Source of the DNA: Mobula hypostoma
Taxonomy: Eukaryota
Direction: 5' to 3'
DNA length: 64,000 nt
Assembly: GCF_963921235.1 (NCBI RefSeq)
Contig: NC_086109.1
Location: forward strand, 25,484,001 to 25,548,000
The position numbers and the translations under genes were made by a program. Numbering within the stretch: position 1 is the stretch's first letter; every line of letters starts with the position of its first letter. Shown here piece by piece: positions 13,347-26,176 of this stretch. The notes under the pieces were generated by a model that had not been told where the DNA came from, ran no database searches, and worked only from the letters and a program-made list of their open reading frames with translations.

Positions 13347-13782
13347 CCCTCACTGGCCACCTTATTTGGTACAGCTCCACACCTACTTGTTATTGTAAAA
13401 ACCTAATCAGCCAATCATGTGGCAGTAACTCAAAGCATAACAGCACGCAGACATTGTCAAAAGATTCAATTGCTGTTCAGACCAAATATTAGAATGGGGA
13501 AGAAAAATGATCCAAGTGACTCTGGCCATTAGCCTCGGACAGACTAGTTTGAGTACCTCAGAAATTACTGATCTCCTAGGATTTTCAGCATAAATCTCTA
13601 GATTACAGAGAATGGTGCGAAAAACAAAAAAAAAGCACCCAATGAGTGGTAGTTCTGTGGGTGAAAATGCCTTGTTAATGAAAGAAGTCAGAGGAGAAGG
13701 GCCAGGCTGGTTCAAATTGACAGGAAAGTGACAGTAACTCAAATAACAAGCAATACAACAATGATGTGCAAGCTTCAGGATA
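13347..13782 (+). mobile_element. Tc1/mariner non-autonomous fragment
   Basis: Begins ccctcactggccaccttatttggtaca; the shared ENPRRS-SE pseudo-peptide appears on the opposite strand from the 12.3 kb copy. Confidence 0.7.
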
Positions 13783-15133
13783 CATTTGCAGAGCTGGTTG
13801 GTAGGAGAACTGGGGGAGGGGAAGGTACAGTGAATGGGGAATGGGGGTTATCGAGACCACACCAGGGACTGAGAATACTGAGCTGGCACAAGTAAGTGGT
13901 ATGTAGTAGATTGGTGAGACACATGTAAGTCTTAAAGTATAGAAGGAGGTCATTCAGTCCACAAATGCCATGGCAGGTCCAGGTAGAGTGTTGGGATAGG
14001 TCCCATTCACCCACTCTTTCACCATGGCAACAGTTATTACCCTTCAACAATTAGGCTCCCGAACCAGCAGGGATAATTACATTCACCTCAACTCTGAAAT
14101 GATTCCACAACCTATAAACTCACTTTCAAGGACTCTACAACTCGTGTTCTCAGTAATTTTTATTTCTTTTCTTTACTTTATTTGCGAAGTTTGTCATCTT
14201 TTGCACATTGGTTGTTTGTCAGTCTTTCTTTGGGTGTCGTTTCTCATTGATTCTACTGAACTTCTTTGTTCTAATGTGAATGCCTGAAAGAAAATGTATC
14301 TCAAGGTACTATATGGTGCCCAACACATACTTTGTTAATAAATTTATTTTGAACTTTGATAGCCCTCCAAATTATTTCTCCTCAGGTGTTCATTCAATTT
14401 ATGCATTAAAGTCACGATTACGTTCCCTTCATATGTGCAGGCAGTGAGAGCTAAATGTCAACTGTGCGTCTTTTGTCCCAAATATCAAATCTCCTGTTCA
14501 CATCACTAAACCATCTGCTAATGGAAACATCTTGCCTCTGCTCGCCCTATCTAAAGCAGTTATGGGAATGTGGAACTTGTTACCAGCTGGAATGGAGGAA
14601 GGAAACAAAGCAAGGGCAGCCTGTGTAAACACATGGCGCAGAAAGGCAATGGATATCTTGTTTAGTGTCATGAACAACGCTTGTTGTAGATAAACACCAG
14701 AACAGAGCTTCTGAAGTGAATGGTTCCTATGATTTGGGTGCTGTGCAGCTGAGGTCAGAAATGACGAGTGCAGGAGCTTTTACTGCTCTTACAATGGAGA
14801 AAAAGAGTGAATATGCAGTGTGCAAACACACAGGAATAAAGGCAAAAAACACCACATATGCAAGGGAGAGGAAAGAAAAGCAGTTTCCTGAATGTTAATT
14901 ATTTTGTGATAAGAAGGCATGATGTGTTAAACCATATTGGTTCCGGTTCCCAACCTTTTTTATGCCATGGATCAATACCATTAACCAAAGGGTCCGTGGA
15001 CCCCGAATCTAATGAGATCCAGGAATAAGGTGAATCCTGGAAGCACATTCTCCCATTTCTTTTGGGGAGGGGATTAAGATATTCTCTCACATTTCAGTAC
15101 ACATAATATTCCATGAAACTGAGACAAACTTAC

Positions 15134-15375
15134 ATTATGACACATTTCTCATTCATCACATTGGCTTTGAACCCTAGGACCGCAAACACCACAAGTGTTG
15201 CCAGAACAGAGGTGAAGAAATTAATGAAAGCCACAAGGGCTGCATCAAAATGGCAGTTGTTGTCTTTCTTGTTGTAACTGGAGAAGGCGATGACTCCCCC
15301 AAACCCAAGACCAAGAGCAAAGAAGACCTGTGTAGCTGCTTCCCTCCATACCTGCGGTTCCATCATCTTCTCCAA
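15134..15375 (-). CDS. SLC6A17: SLC6A17 coding exon 6 (242 nt)
   Basis: tttcag acceptor; [35 protein letters not shown]...NEKCVI; GTAAGT donor. Confidence 0.95.
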
Positions 15376-15400
15376 CTGAAACGACAAATTAATAATATAC

Positions 15401-15813
15401 CAATCATCACCATCATTATGTGCCAAGTCATATGATGTGGGCAATCATGGTCTTTTGACCATGATTGTCCTTGGCTAATTTTTCTACATAAGTAGTTTCC
15501 CATTGCCTTCTTCTAGGCTGCGTGTTTACAGGACAGGTGACCCCAGCCATTATCTATAATCTTCAGAATTTGTCTGCCTGCTGTCAGTGGTCGTATAACC
15601 AGGACTCAGTGGTATGTACCCGCTGTTCATGTGGCCATTCACCACCTGCTCCCATGGTTTCACATGACCCTAATCGGTGGGGGTGGGTGGCTAAGCAGGT
15701 GCTACACCTTGTCTAAGGGCGACTTGCAGACTAGTGAAGGAGCTCCTTACACCTCCTTTGGCAGAGATGTACAGTATCTCCACTGCGCTGCCCGTTACTA
15801 TACTAATATTGAC
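15401..15813 (-). mobile_element. RTE-related short element with 11-bp TSD
   Basis: TSD taataatatac at 15390-15400 and 15814-15824; (gat)n tail; agaaggcaatgggaaac motif typical of RTE/BovB-related elements. Confidence 0.7.
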
Positions 15814-16099
15814 TAATAATATACAAAGGACAACTTAACGTAAGCACAACTGAAACTGGGTCCACTTTGCAGTGGATAAGTGCTGGGTCAGAATTTGCAT
15901 ACAACTTTGATTGATATTTGCAAACCAGTTCACTGACCTCACCAGTTTTGTTCAGGAGTGGCAACAGGCATTGATAAAAGAAAGCAAGGAAGTTCTGATG
16001 TGGTGTGTGTGTGTGTGTGTATGTATGGTGGGGGGGGTGGATGACGGATAAGAAAAAAGGACAAAACAATAGAATTCAAACTGGCCTTCAGTCCACTTA

Positions 16100-16195
16100 A
16101 CCAACACACATCAAAGTTGCTGGTGAACGCAGCAGGCCAGGCAGCATCTGTAGGAAGAGGTGCAGTCGACGTTTCAGGCCGAGACCCTTCCACGA
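16100..16195 (-). mobile_element. 96-bp Penelope-derived insertion (single arm) with 14-bp TSD
   Basis: TSD cttcagtccactta at 16086-16099 and 16196-16209; near-identical to the left arm of 28451-28693. Confidence 0.85.
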
Positions 16196-16696
16196 CTTCA
16201 GTCCACTTAGCTGGTTGGACTTTCTCACCAGAGACCAAGACTCCTTAACACTAAAGCTTTACCTCTGCACTCTTTCTTCCAATGTAGGGGAGGGGATGTA
16301 AATCAACCCCAAATGAATGAACTTCATCAGTATTTATGAATCAAAAATGAGAAATACATTTGTTCGTTTGGTTGAAATTTGATTTACAATATAATAAACT
16401 GGCAGGTTTACAGCCCTATCCCTACCTCTCTTTTTGTGGTGTGAGTATCAGAGGGACAAGTGGGGCTCCAGTCTTCAGGATATGTCCTTTCCAAAGGTAA
16501 TTTCCACTCCCACCCATCTCCAAGGTTCACCATGTGCCGGGGCATTTACCCCCAGAAAGGAGGATAAAGCCAGGGGCTCTCGTGTGGAGTGCGGTGTTCC
16601 AAACACCAGGCATACACATTCCAGCAGCACTGAGCTCGGCAACAGCCGTCTGTTTTCTAAAGTAAATCCCAAACTGCAATGCAAGAGCTGAAGTAC

Positions 16697-16807
16697 CTTA
16701 GGAGTGAACATGTGGAGAATTCCATCAATTGAACCTCTGAGTAGGAGACTTCGAATCAGGAAACAGATCAGGACAACATACGGAAACAGAGAACTGAAGT
16801 ACATCAC
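16697..16807 (-). CDS. SLC6A17: SLC6A17 coding exon 5 (111 nt)
   Basis: tttttcag acceptor; [43 protein letters not shown] donor. Confidence 0.95.
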
Positions 16808-17490
16808 CTGAAAAAGTGAATGCAAAGGCATGGAAATGCACCTGAGAAGTCACAGGGAGCCAGAATACTACTCCGTTAACACAAAACACTACATCAGTCT
16901 AGTTTCAACGTTTAGCTCTGATATTATAGAATAAACTTGATGGAGTGTTTGATGTGAAATGTCAACAGTCCACTTAACTCTACAGTTGTGGCATGACTAA
17001 GTTCCTCAAGCAGTTTGCTTTTTAGCTCCAAACTCCATAATCTTTAATCTCTTGAGTTTCCCATAACACTGTAGATTCCATTTCTACATTTAGGAACAGC
17101 TTGGGATAAGTACATGGGTGTGAGCAGTATGGAGGGCTGCGGTTCAGGTGTAGGTTGATGGATCTCGGCAGAAACAGCTCAAAATGGACTTGATGAGTCA
17201 AAGGACCCATTCTGGTGCAAGAGTGAACTATGACTCTATGACTGCCCTACAAACACTCCCATCGCAGATACAGCATGGGATAAATACAAAATAGATCTCC
17301 TCCTATACCATGCCATTAAATATTCCAAGGGATCGGCATGGACAAATTCAATAGACAGTGAAATGAGTTCAATTCCGACCCTCTAAACATTAGAGACAGA
17401 TTAAGCTCCATCAATGTCATCTCAAAGTCTCCCAGGATGATTGCAATATGAGTCATAATGACAACAAAACATATTCTATACAGCTAATCA

Positions 17491-17910
17491 TAAATACAAG
17501 AGATTCTGCCGATGCTGGAAATCCAGAGCAACACACACAAAATGCTGAGGGAACTCAGCAGATCAGGCAGTATCTGACGAGAGGAATAAACAGTCAATGT
17601 TTCGACCCAAGACTCTTCACCAGGACTTGAAAGGAAGGGGGAAGAGGCCAGAATAAGAAGGTGGGGAGAAGAGAAGGAGAACAAACTGGCAAGTGATAGG
17701 TAAAACCAGGTGAGGGGAAAGGTAGGCAGGTGGGGTGAAGTGAGAAGCTGAGAGGTGATAGGTGGAAAACGTAAAGGGCTGAAGAAGAAGGAATCTCACA
17801 GGAGAGGACAATGGGACCATGGAAAAACGGGGAGGAGGAGAAGTTCTAGAGGGAAGTGATGGGCAGGTGAAGAGAAGAGAAAGGGTGAGATAAAGTCAGA
17901 ATGGAGAATA
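17491..17910 (-). mobile_element. Penelope-like element 3' end fragment
   Basis: Same terminus plus purine-rich body as 20285-20683 and 32925-33360; hammerhead core mutated (CTGGTGA). Confidence 0.75.
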
Positions 17911-17997
17911 TTCAATGCAGTCTCATTAAACTGTCCCAGAGTATGGCTAAGAGCAAAAAACATTCAGTCCTTTCCCTATTTGAACTGAAAGATTTAC

Positions 17998-18179
17998 CTT
18001 GCCAGATGACTGGATGCCCTTGATTGTACATAATCCTACAATAAACCAGGCAGACAACAGGCAGAGAGTCATCTTCCAATTGAGACCACCTCCATCGTTA
18101 ATATTGTTGGAGATGTTCAGTGTATTTCTGTACCAGAAGTAGGTTGTAGCTGAACTCTTGTCACATTCTGGCTCTATAA
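17998..18179 (-). CDS. SLC6A17: SLC6A17 coding exon 4 (182 nt)
   Basis: Read by hand, absent from ORF track: catcag acceptor; [66 protein letters not shown] donor; phase 1 in, phase 0 out. Confidence 0.95.
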
Positions 18180-18359
18180 CTGATGTAAGAGCAAAAACAA
18201 TTATATTAGTGTCAGCACCAACTTCACTGAGTGTTAAGAAGAAGATTAATGCAATTTCAGGTGTTCTATGTTTCTGTTGGTCCAGAGTACAAACCCATAG
18301 CCAAACAGTTAGTCAATCACAGGAGTATGCTTGGGGAAGTACATCTGAATACCTATTTA

Positions 18360-18610
18360 GAAATCAATGCAGAATAGGGCCTTTTGGCTCAAAGAGTTGC
18401 ACCACCCAGCAACCCACTTATTTAAGACTAGCTTAATTACAGGACAATATTCAATGATCAATTAATCTACTAATTATTACATCTTTGGAATGTGGGAGGG
18501 ACCAGAGCACCCAGTAGAAACCCACATGACCTCCTTACAAACAGTGGTGGAATTGAACTCCAAACTCTGATGCCCGAGCTGTAATAGTGTCGTGCTACGT
18601 TACCGTGGGG
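18360..18610 (-). mobile_element. V-SINE-type element
   Basis: tctttggaatgtgggagg..ccagagcaccc..agaaacccaca motif. Confidence 0.7.
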
Positions 18611-19240
18611 CAAGAGGCTGAGTTGGCAAGGAAGACTCTAAGGAAAGATTCCAACCAATACTTCAGGGAGTGACATTGCCCAAGGAAGATACAGTACTTC
18701 ATCTGAGAAATTTTGTTATCAGCAACTCCTGTCACAGAGTCCTAAGGACAATTTTACAATTAGAAAAATGATTTCACAGATCAAAAGGCATAATTTTCTG
18801 AGATACCCTACCCTAGCCCTAGAAAGAGTATCACAAAAAAACTTGAAGATCCAACATTATTAAAACAGCAATTCTTATTTGGGACCATAACTTCTGGTTC
18901 TCACCCACTGATCATAGAAAAACATAAAACCACACAAAGTACAATTATGTGGTGAACCTCCTCAATGAAATATCACTTAAATCTGAAAGAATGGGGTGTG
19001 AGAAAACCTAGGAGAGCCTTATCAAGGTTCTGCACAGGGTCACAGAGTCTGTCTTCCAGTAACTTGGCATGGAATTCTAGTTGACATTTCCTGAAATTGA
19101 GCCAATGGCTTATATTCCCTTCCTGATTAGCTCTCTGGAGATCATTCCTGGAATCAGAACATTCAGAGACGAGAAACTGAAAGAACAAAGAATGGAAAAC
19201 AGAATTACTGACCGACCACTGAATGAAATCAATTACTTAC

Positions 19241-19367
19241 TGGTAACAGTGCCATTGGTGATCAGTGGGCACTCGCTCCATGGAAGTGGAGACTGGAAGG
19301 ATTTGAAAAAGTAAAATATACTCCAACCGATAATGACATTGTAGTAAAGCCCAACAAAGAAACACAC
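19241..19367 (-). CDS. SLC6A17: SLC6A17 coding exon 3 (127 nt)
   Basis: ttaccag acceptor; [48 protein letters not shown] donor. Confidence 0.95.
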
Positions 19368-20284
19368 CTGGTAAAGGAACAGAAAGCACTGACTGAGTAT
19401 CAGACACAGCAGAAAGCAATAAGGCAGGATCAAAGCCCTAACTAAATAACTGTGCTGCATGACCACAGTGTAGGATTCTCAATCTTACCAAAACTCTCAC
19501 TTTGCACGTACGTAATAAGGATTTCCTTGGGAAGAAGATTCTCCAATCATATCACTTATGTAGGAAAGAAAAGAATAAACTACCATTTCCTACATCGCTC
19601 CTACAGAATGCAGATTAGCAATGTACCAAGCAGTGCAGGTTTGAGGAGCTGTGTATTGACAAGACAGGACATGGAATATCACAGCCTCATGATGAAAATT
19701 AATGTCTTATGATATATATTAATTGAAATAATTATATTAATAATTATATTACCCAGAGGAGGGATTTGACAGTAAAGTATCCAAGCTTGCTGATGATATG
19801 AAAACAAATGGGAGGGTATGTTGCAATGAGAATCTTAGTCTGTAGCAGGATGTGGATTGGTTGAGTAAGTGGCTGAAAACTTGATAGGTTGAGTTAAATG
19901 TGGGGTCAAGCACTTCAGTAAGAGGAATCTAATGGTGGACTATTATCTAAATGGTGAAAAATTGCAGATGAGTGAAGTACAGAGAGGTCAAGGTGTAGGT
20001 ATGCACAAATTGCAAAATGTTAGCAAGCAGTCCTGCAAGTGGTCAAGAAGTCAATGACACCTTGATATTGTTATTCCTGGAAATTTCTATCACCAGTGAC
20101 TGAAGGAATTAGATCTATCTTCTTCAGAGTTTTGGAGAATAAGCGGTGATCTTATTGACACAAGCAGATCTTTAGGGGGTGTGACGGTGTAGCTGATAAT
20201 TCCAGTAGTGGTTGAATGGCCAACAAGGGGTCAGTATGGCAGCATAGCAGTTAGCATAACACTTTACAGCTCCAGCTGCAAGAT

Positions 20285-20683
20285 ACACACAACGCTGGAG
20301 GAACTCAGCAGATGAGGCAGCATCCATGGAAATGAACAAACGGTCGACATTTCGGGCTGAGACACGTCAGCAGGGCTGGAAAGGAAGGGAGAAGACACCA
20401 GAATAAAAAAAGGTGGGGGGAGGAGGATAGTTAGATAGCTAGAAGATGATAGGGGAAGCCAGGTGGGTAGGAAAAGTAAAGGGCTGGAGTGGAAGGAATC
20501 TGATAGAAGAGTGGACCATAGGCAAAAGGAAATGAGGAGGGGACCCCAGTGGAGGTGATAAGCAGGTGAGAAGAGGGAAGAGGCCGGTGTGGGGAATAGA
20601 TGAAAATGAGAGGGGGAGGGAAATTTTTTCATGTCTTCAGGTTGGAAACTACCCAGTTGGAATAGAAGGTGTTGCTCCTCCAC
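20285..20683 (-). mobile_element. Penelope-like element 3' fragment (end of ORF + 3' region) inside a V-SINE inside an old CR1
   Basis: 13-bp TSD ccagctg(c/t)aagat at 20272-20284 and 20684-20696. EEQHLLFQLGSFQP resembles the Penelope GIY-YIG endonuclease C-terminus. Confidence 0.8.
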
Positions 20684-22859
20684 CCAGCTGTAAGATTAGG
20701 GCTCAGTTCCTGCTGCTGTCTGTAAGGAGTTTGTATGTTCTCCTCATGATTGTCTGGGATTCCTTCAGACGCTCCAGGTTCCTCACACATTCCAAAGACG
20801 TACAAGTTAGGGTTTGTAAGTTGTGTGCATGCTACGTTGGTGCCGGAAACATGGTGAGACTTGCAGGCTGCCCCCAGCTCATCCTTGACACAAAAGATGG
20901 ATTTCACTGTGTTTCAATGTATGTGTGATAAATAAGGCTAATATTTAATATTCTTCAGGGTTAGCAAGTGGCCATTAAAAACTGTGCATAGAAAATTCTC
21001 AAAGATGAGGATAAATTCTTGTAATTCTCTATCCTGGAAGGTTGTGGCTGCATGATCATTGGGAACATGTAAAGAGAGAAGAGATAATTTTTGAAAGGTC
21101 AGGGAACTGAAGGCTAAGCGGAATGGCACAGAAGAGAAGATGATGACAGGGGAAAATCTGCCCTGTTGATACAGAATGGCTGGGAAGGTCCAAGGGACCT
21201 CGTGATCTGTTCTTACTTATTTTTTTTCTTGTACTATGATGTCATAATGTACTCTTATACTCTAACAGCAACAGACTAATTAATTTCAAGCAAACAAAAA
21301 CTGACTGGGAGGTGAGGCTGACAGGAGAAGAAGAATGGTTGGGGAGGGGGGAGAGTCGGGTTGTGAAGTGCTCTGAGGCAGGAATGAGCAGACTAAAGAT
21401 TGAGGAGAGGGATGGACTGGAGGAATGGACTTGGGGAATGGGGTGAATGGGAATGGCCTGCTAAGTTTGGGATGGGGGGTGGCAGTGGTATTGGACTAAC
21501 TCTGAATAGGGCAATGGGGAAAGAGTTCCAGGAACAGGGTTACAGGAAGACAGACTGAGGATATCCGTTTAGAATAGTTGTAACTAAGCACCCATTATAA
21601 ACATACCATAATAAAACTTCTGTATTGCATTGAAACTCTTTAATAACATAATCTTGGTTAGATTATGTTATTAGCAATGGAAAAAAAAACAACCCTTGTA
21701 AAAAAAAAGGTTCCCCTTTAACTAAACATATGTTATCGAAACAAACTAAAATACTGAATACTGAATAATAATATTAACTCACTGCCTACATGCAAAATTA
21801 AGAATAGCTAGTTAACAGTACGGTGATGATAAAAGGTGTCCTTAATTTCATCACTGTAAAGGATTATCGAGATGTCAGTAAATATTCTTAACCTAGAGTG
21901 GAATTAATCTGTTCCTGAAGGAGGAGGGAAGGATATTTTATGAAAATTAGGAGCAAAGAGCCTTGATGTACAAGCCCAAGGACCACTGAAGGTTACAGCA
22001 GAGGTAGATGAAACAAATGAGAAGATATGTAGATGAGATTCTCACATTCCTTAGCAGTGAGATTCTCACTTTCATTAACTGGAGCACAGAACAGAAGAAA
22101 ACCATACATAATTTTGGTTAGGTGACAGCTGGAGTATTGTGTAAAGTTCTGTCACCAGGATGTTGCCTGAAATAAAGTTTTTCCGCAACGAGGAGGTCAG
22201 GATAAGCTGAGCTTGTTTTCCACAGAGAAGAGGAGGCTGGGGAGGGATAAGGTTACAGTATGTATCAGTATAAGAGAGTAGGGTGAGTAGTAAGACACTT
22301 TTCTCTATAATAAAAGTGTCTAAAATCAGAAAGCATAGGTTAACGGTGATAAGGAGGAAATTTAGGAGGTCTGAGGGGAAGTATTTTCCTCCAGAAGGTG
22401 GGTAGAATCTAAAGCACATTGACTGAGAGGCTGGTAGAAGCAGAGATCTACATCTGTGAAGCATCTGGAGGAGTACTTAAGGTTCCAAAGCATACAAAGC
22501 TATGGGTCAAATGCTGGAAAATAGAATTAACATAATTGGATAATTGATATTTGATATGAATGGCCAAAGGCTGTGTTCTAATGCAGGATGACTCCATGAT
22601 TCTATGATGGAGGGAAAGAGAGTGGAATGAGGGGATGAGAGGTTAATTCTGAGATGTGTGGTTTCAATATAGTACTTTTGGGAACAAACTACCTCTGAGA
22701 AAGTGCTGGTTACTCTCTTCTCTTCCCTCTCAGCTGGTGTTGGGAGTGGGTGAGTAGCAATCAAGTTTCAAATTCTTAAAAACTTACACATTTCACTCAG
22801 TCCATTTCATGTGGTTCTGAGCTAAAATTCAAACTATTCCACTCATAAAAAGAAACAGA

Positions 22860-23638
22860 AAACATCAAATTCAAGTGGGTTGAGGACAATGGAAGCAGAC
22901 AAACCAATTGTCTTTGTCCTTGCCATGAGGTCAAAGGAACGGAGGCTGCCATTTTGTGAAGCTGCTCTATATCCTCCATTTTGTGAACTGGAGTTGCTTG
23001 GCTTTCAGTATTTTAAAGTAGACACAATGATGCTACAGGTAGACTAGAGACAATTTCTAAATAAGAAATTATTTGGGAGGTGTTCTGTGGTTGGATATAA
23101 CATGCAGGTTTATAAATGTTGGGGTTTGTGTCTGTCCTGAGTGATTCGTGCTGGTTCCTGACTGAAAACAAAGAGCCATAAATTACCAGTTGTCACTTGC
23201 GGAAGTAGGGCAATAAAAAGATGCTGGCTTGGACCTGAGCCAGTAAGAAGATATTACTGGTCAGTTGGATGACTCATAGCAAATAACACTAAAAGGCAAC
23301 ATTTGAAATGGTAAGGAATGAATATAAAAACAGGGGTTTTTGGATACAAGCTAGCGATGAATTCTATCAGAGATTCACCATCGCAAGGAAGAACCCCATC
23401 CTAGGGGCTAGGAGAAGAAGGATCAACAGACATTCCCCATTTCAGTGTCATAAATTGGAAAAGCGGTCTGAGTGAGTATTGGAACAAAGAGAATGGTAGA
23501 ATTCATGTTCTAAGTTGTTGGCCCGGGGTCAACACAGTTACGCTGTTGTTCATGCAGAGACAATAAAGTGCGAGCTTCGACTAATTGAGAGTTGCATAGT
23601 GAGTTTCTTAACCTAGTTCCATCGATGACTGGTCAACA
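22860..23638 (+). mobile_element. LTR copy with degenerate 5' end
   Basis: Colinear homology over about 770 bp with 56307-57130; AATAAA near 23563; ends tcAACA. Confidence 0.75.
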
Positions 23639-23702
23639 TCGTGCAAGCAATTCTAAACAGTTCCTTCAGTTGTAAGCCACTTAACTGAGCTATGGTACTC
23701 AC

Positions 23703-23860
23703 AATGCAACTTGCAAATCCAATGCCTCCCAGCCTGGGGCAGATATAATTCCAGACACCAATACTTCCCCTCCTTATCCTCTGGCCCACTGCAAGTTCCA
23801 GGAAAAACAGAGGAATCCCAATGATAAGAAGCAGAATGAAGTATGGAACAAGATAAGCAC
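23703..23860 (-). CDS. SLC6A17: SLC6A17 coding exon 2 (158 nt)
   Basis: ttgcag acceptor; [58 protein letters not shown] donor; phase consistent. Not translated in this frame in the ORF track. Confidence 0.95.
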
Positions 23861-26176
23861 CTGCAAATTAGACAAATATTTAACATAAATTAGAATATAT
23901 TTAAACTGGTTCACACTGTGTTTTAACAGTTAGGTGAAATGTTCCCAGATCAATGGGAGTCTGTGAATTCTCTGATCCTTGTAATCTATTCTATGCCTGA
24001 CGGGCAGGTGCAGAGGCGGTTTAGTTATTAATGCCTCCAGAATCTCTTCCTTACATCTGTGGCCAACTTCGTGTTACAAGAACTGAAAACATTGACTCAA
24101 GGTGGCTCATGTCAAACACCCACTTCTTTATCCTAATAGAAGGAGGCATTCTGATGACAGCAGACGTAATATTCAGTTCCCATACAATGCACTATTTTTC
24201 AGTGGAGGCTTTCTATAATTGACACTTATCGTAGCACATTAAGAATCGAGCCCCCTTTGCTCCTAATTACATCTAAAATGTCTTTCAGTTTCTCATTGCT
24301 TGCATCAGTTCTTGCATCCTTAACCTCCCTCCTTAACTCCTGGCACCACTTTCAATATTATTTTAATTATATGTCTTGCATTGTATCACTACCACAAAAC
24401 AACAAAATTTATAAAAAATCTGATTCGGTTTCTCTCCACAACTCTTAAACCCTTACCAATCAAGAACCTATCAATCTCTGCTTAATGTACACCCATGGCC
24501 TCTATAAACCCACTGTCGTAATACATTCGACAGATTTACCACCCTCTGGCCGAAGAAGTTCCTCCTCATCTCAGTTTTAAAGGCATTTCCCTTCATTTAG
24601 AAGCTGTGCCTTCAGATCCTAGATGAATGGAGGCATCCTCTCCACTTTCACTCTATTCAATTCTTTCAAGATTCAATGGGTTTCAATGAATTCCCCCCCT
24701 TATCCTTTGGAACTCTATCCAGTACAGCCCCAGAGACTTCAAACACTCCTCAATATGTTAAGCCTTTTTCTTTCCTGGGACAATTCTTATGAACCCCCCC
24801 TGGACCCTCTACAGGGCCAGCACATCTTTCCTTAGATACCAAGCCCAAAATTGCTCACAATATTTCAGGTATGGTCTCACCAATGCCTTATGAAGCTTCG
24901 ACAGTGGATCCTTGCTTTTATATTCTAATCCTCTTGAAACAATTGATAAATTGCATTTGCTTTCTTTACTACTGATTCAAAACTGCAAGTTAATCTTGAG
25001 AGAGTCCTGAACTAGAACTCCAAGTCCCTTAGCACATGTTTTCTGAATTTTTGTCCCAATCATTTATACCCTAATACTTGAACTCAATACCTCCTTCCTC
25101 ATCTTTATATCATTCTTCTGACTCAGAAGTACAAACGTGACCCTTGCCCTGACTTTGCTCCTTTTAAACTTGACCCTAATTCAACTGCCTTAACTCCTTC
25201 CAGCTCACACTCCCTCAAAGCCTCGCTTCCTAACCTGACCTCACGCTTCGTTTTTAGATTGATTTCCCAACTCTTCCTGCCCAAACCCCGAAGGGTAACA
25301 ATGTGATTTGAAGGATTACATCATGTCACCATGGAAAAGTGATTGGAAACATTTATTGGAAGGCAGTCAACTCATCTCAGCCCAATGCCAATTCACGTCA
25401 CAACTTCATTCTGACCCCCAGGACCAGTATTTTGAAACTGTGAAAAAATGCCTGGGTAATGTCATTAATCTCAGTTTAATTGCCACCCTGGACGGGATCA
25501 TGAATTAGCAGTCAATGACCACATGGCACTGCCGAGAGTCACAGACTCCTGTCTCTGGGGCCTGTTAGCAAACATTGCGATAAAGCAGAAATCCAGCCCT
25601 CCAGGTTGAATGCACAATGACTTTCAGTGACTTTGCTTAATTAACCACAAGCAATTACAAATCAGTCAAGGAATTGACGCCTGATTTATATAGAGCCTTT
25701 CCAAGGAAAATAAAGAGATAATTGGGCATGTGACTAAATGCTCTGGAAAATTTATGGAGAGATAGGAGGTTGGAGAGGGGCAGAGAGGTAGAAGGGGAGT
25801 TTAGGAGGAGTTAGGATGTGATGGAGTTCCAAAACTGAAGCTGCATTTATTTGTTACTTAACTTCTAGTCAAAGTAACATCAACGATGGAACAAATTAAA
25901 ATCAGGAAAGCACAAGTGGCAGCCATAGGTGGAGCTTGTTGAGCTGCTGTCTCGTGGCTTCATAGCTTTAATTCTGACCTTTGGTGCTGCCTGTGTGGAG
26001 TTCGCTTGTTCTACCTGTAACCCCCAGGTGCTCTGGTTCCCTCCCATATCCCACACCCATGCTGGTTGGTGGTTTTAAATTGTCCCTACTTTGTAAGTGA
26101 GAGGTAGAATCTGGAAATGCAAGAAAATTAAAAAGGGGATATTCTTAAAGAGGAATGCAGGATTAGTGCAAGTGAA

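Noticed and set aside
15600..15795. HDV-like ribozyme at the 5' end of the RTE-related element
   Set aside because: I could not assemble the nested double pseudoknot by eye; a descriptor search is needed.
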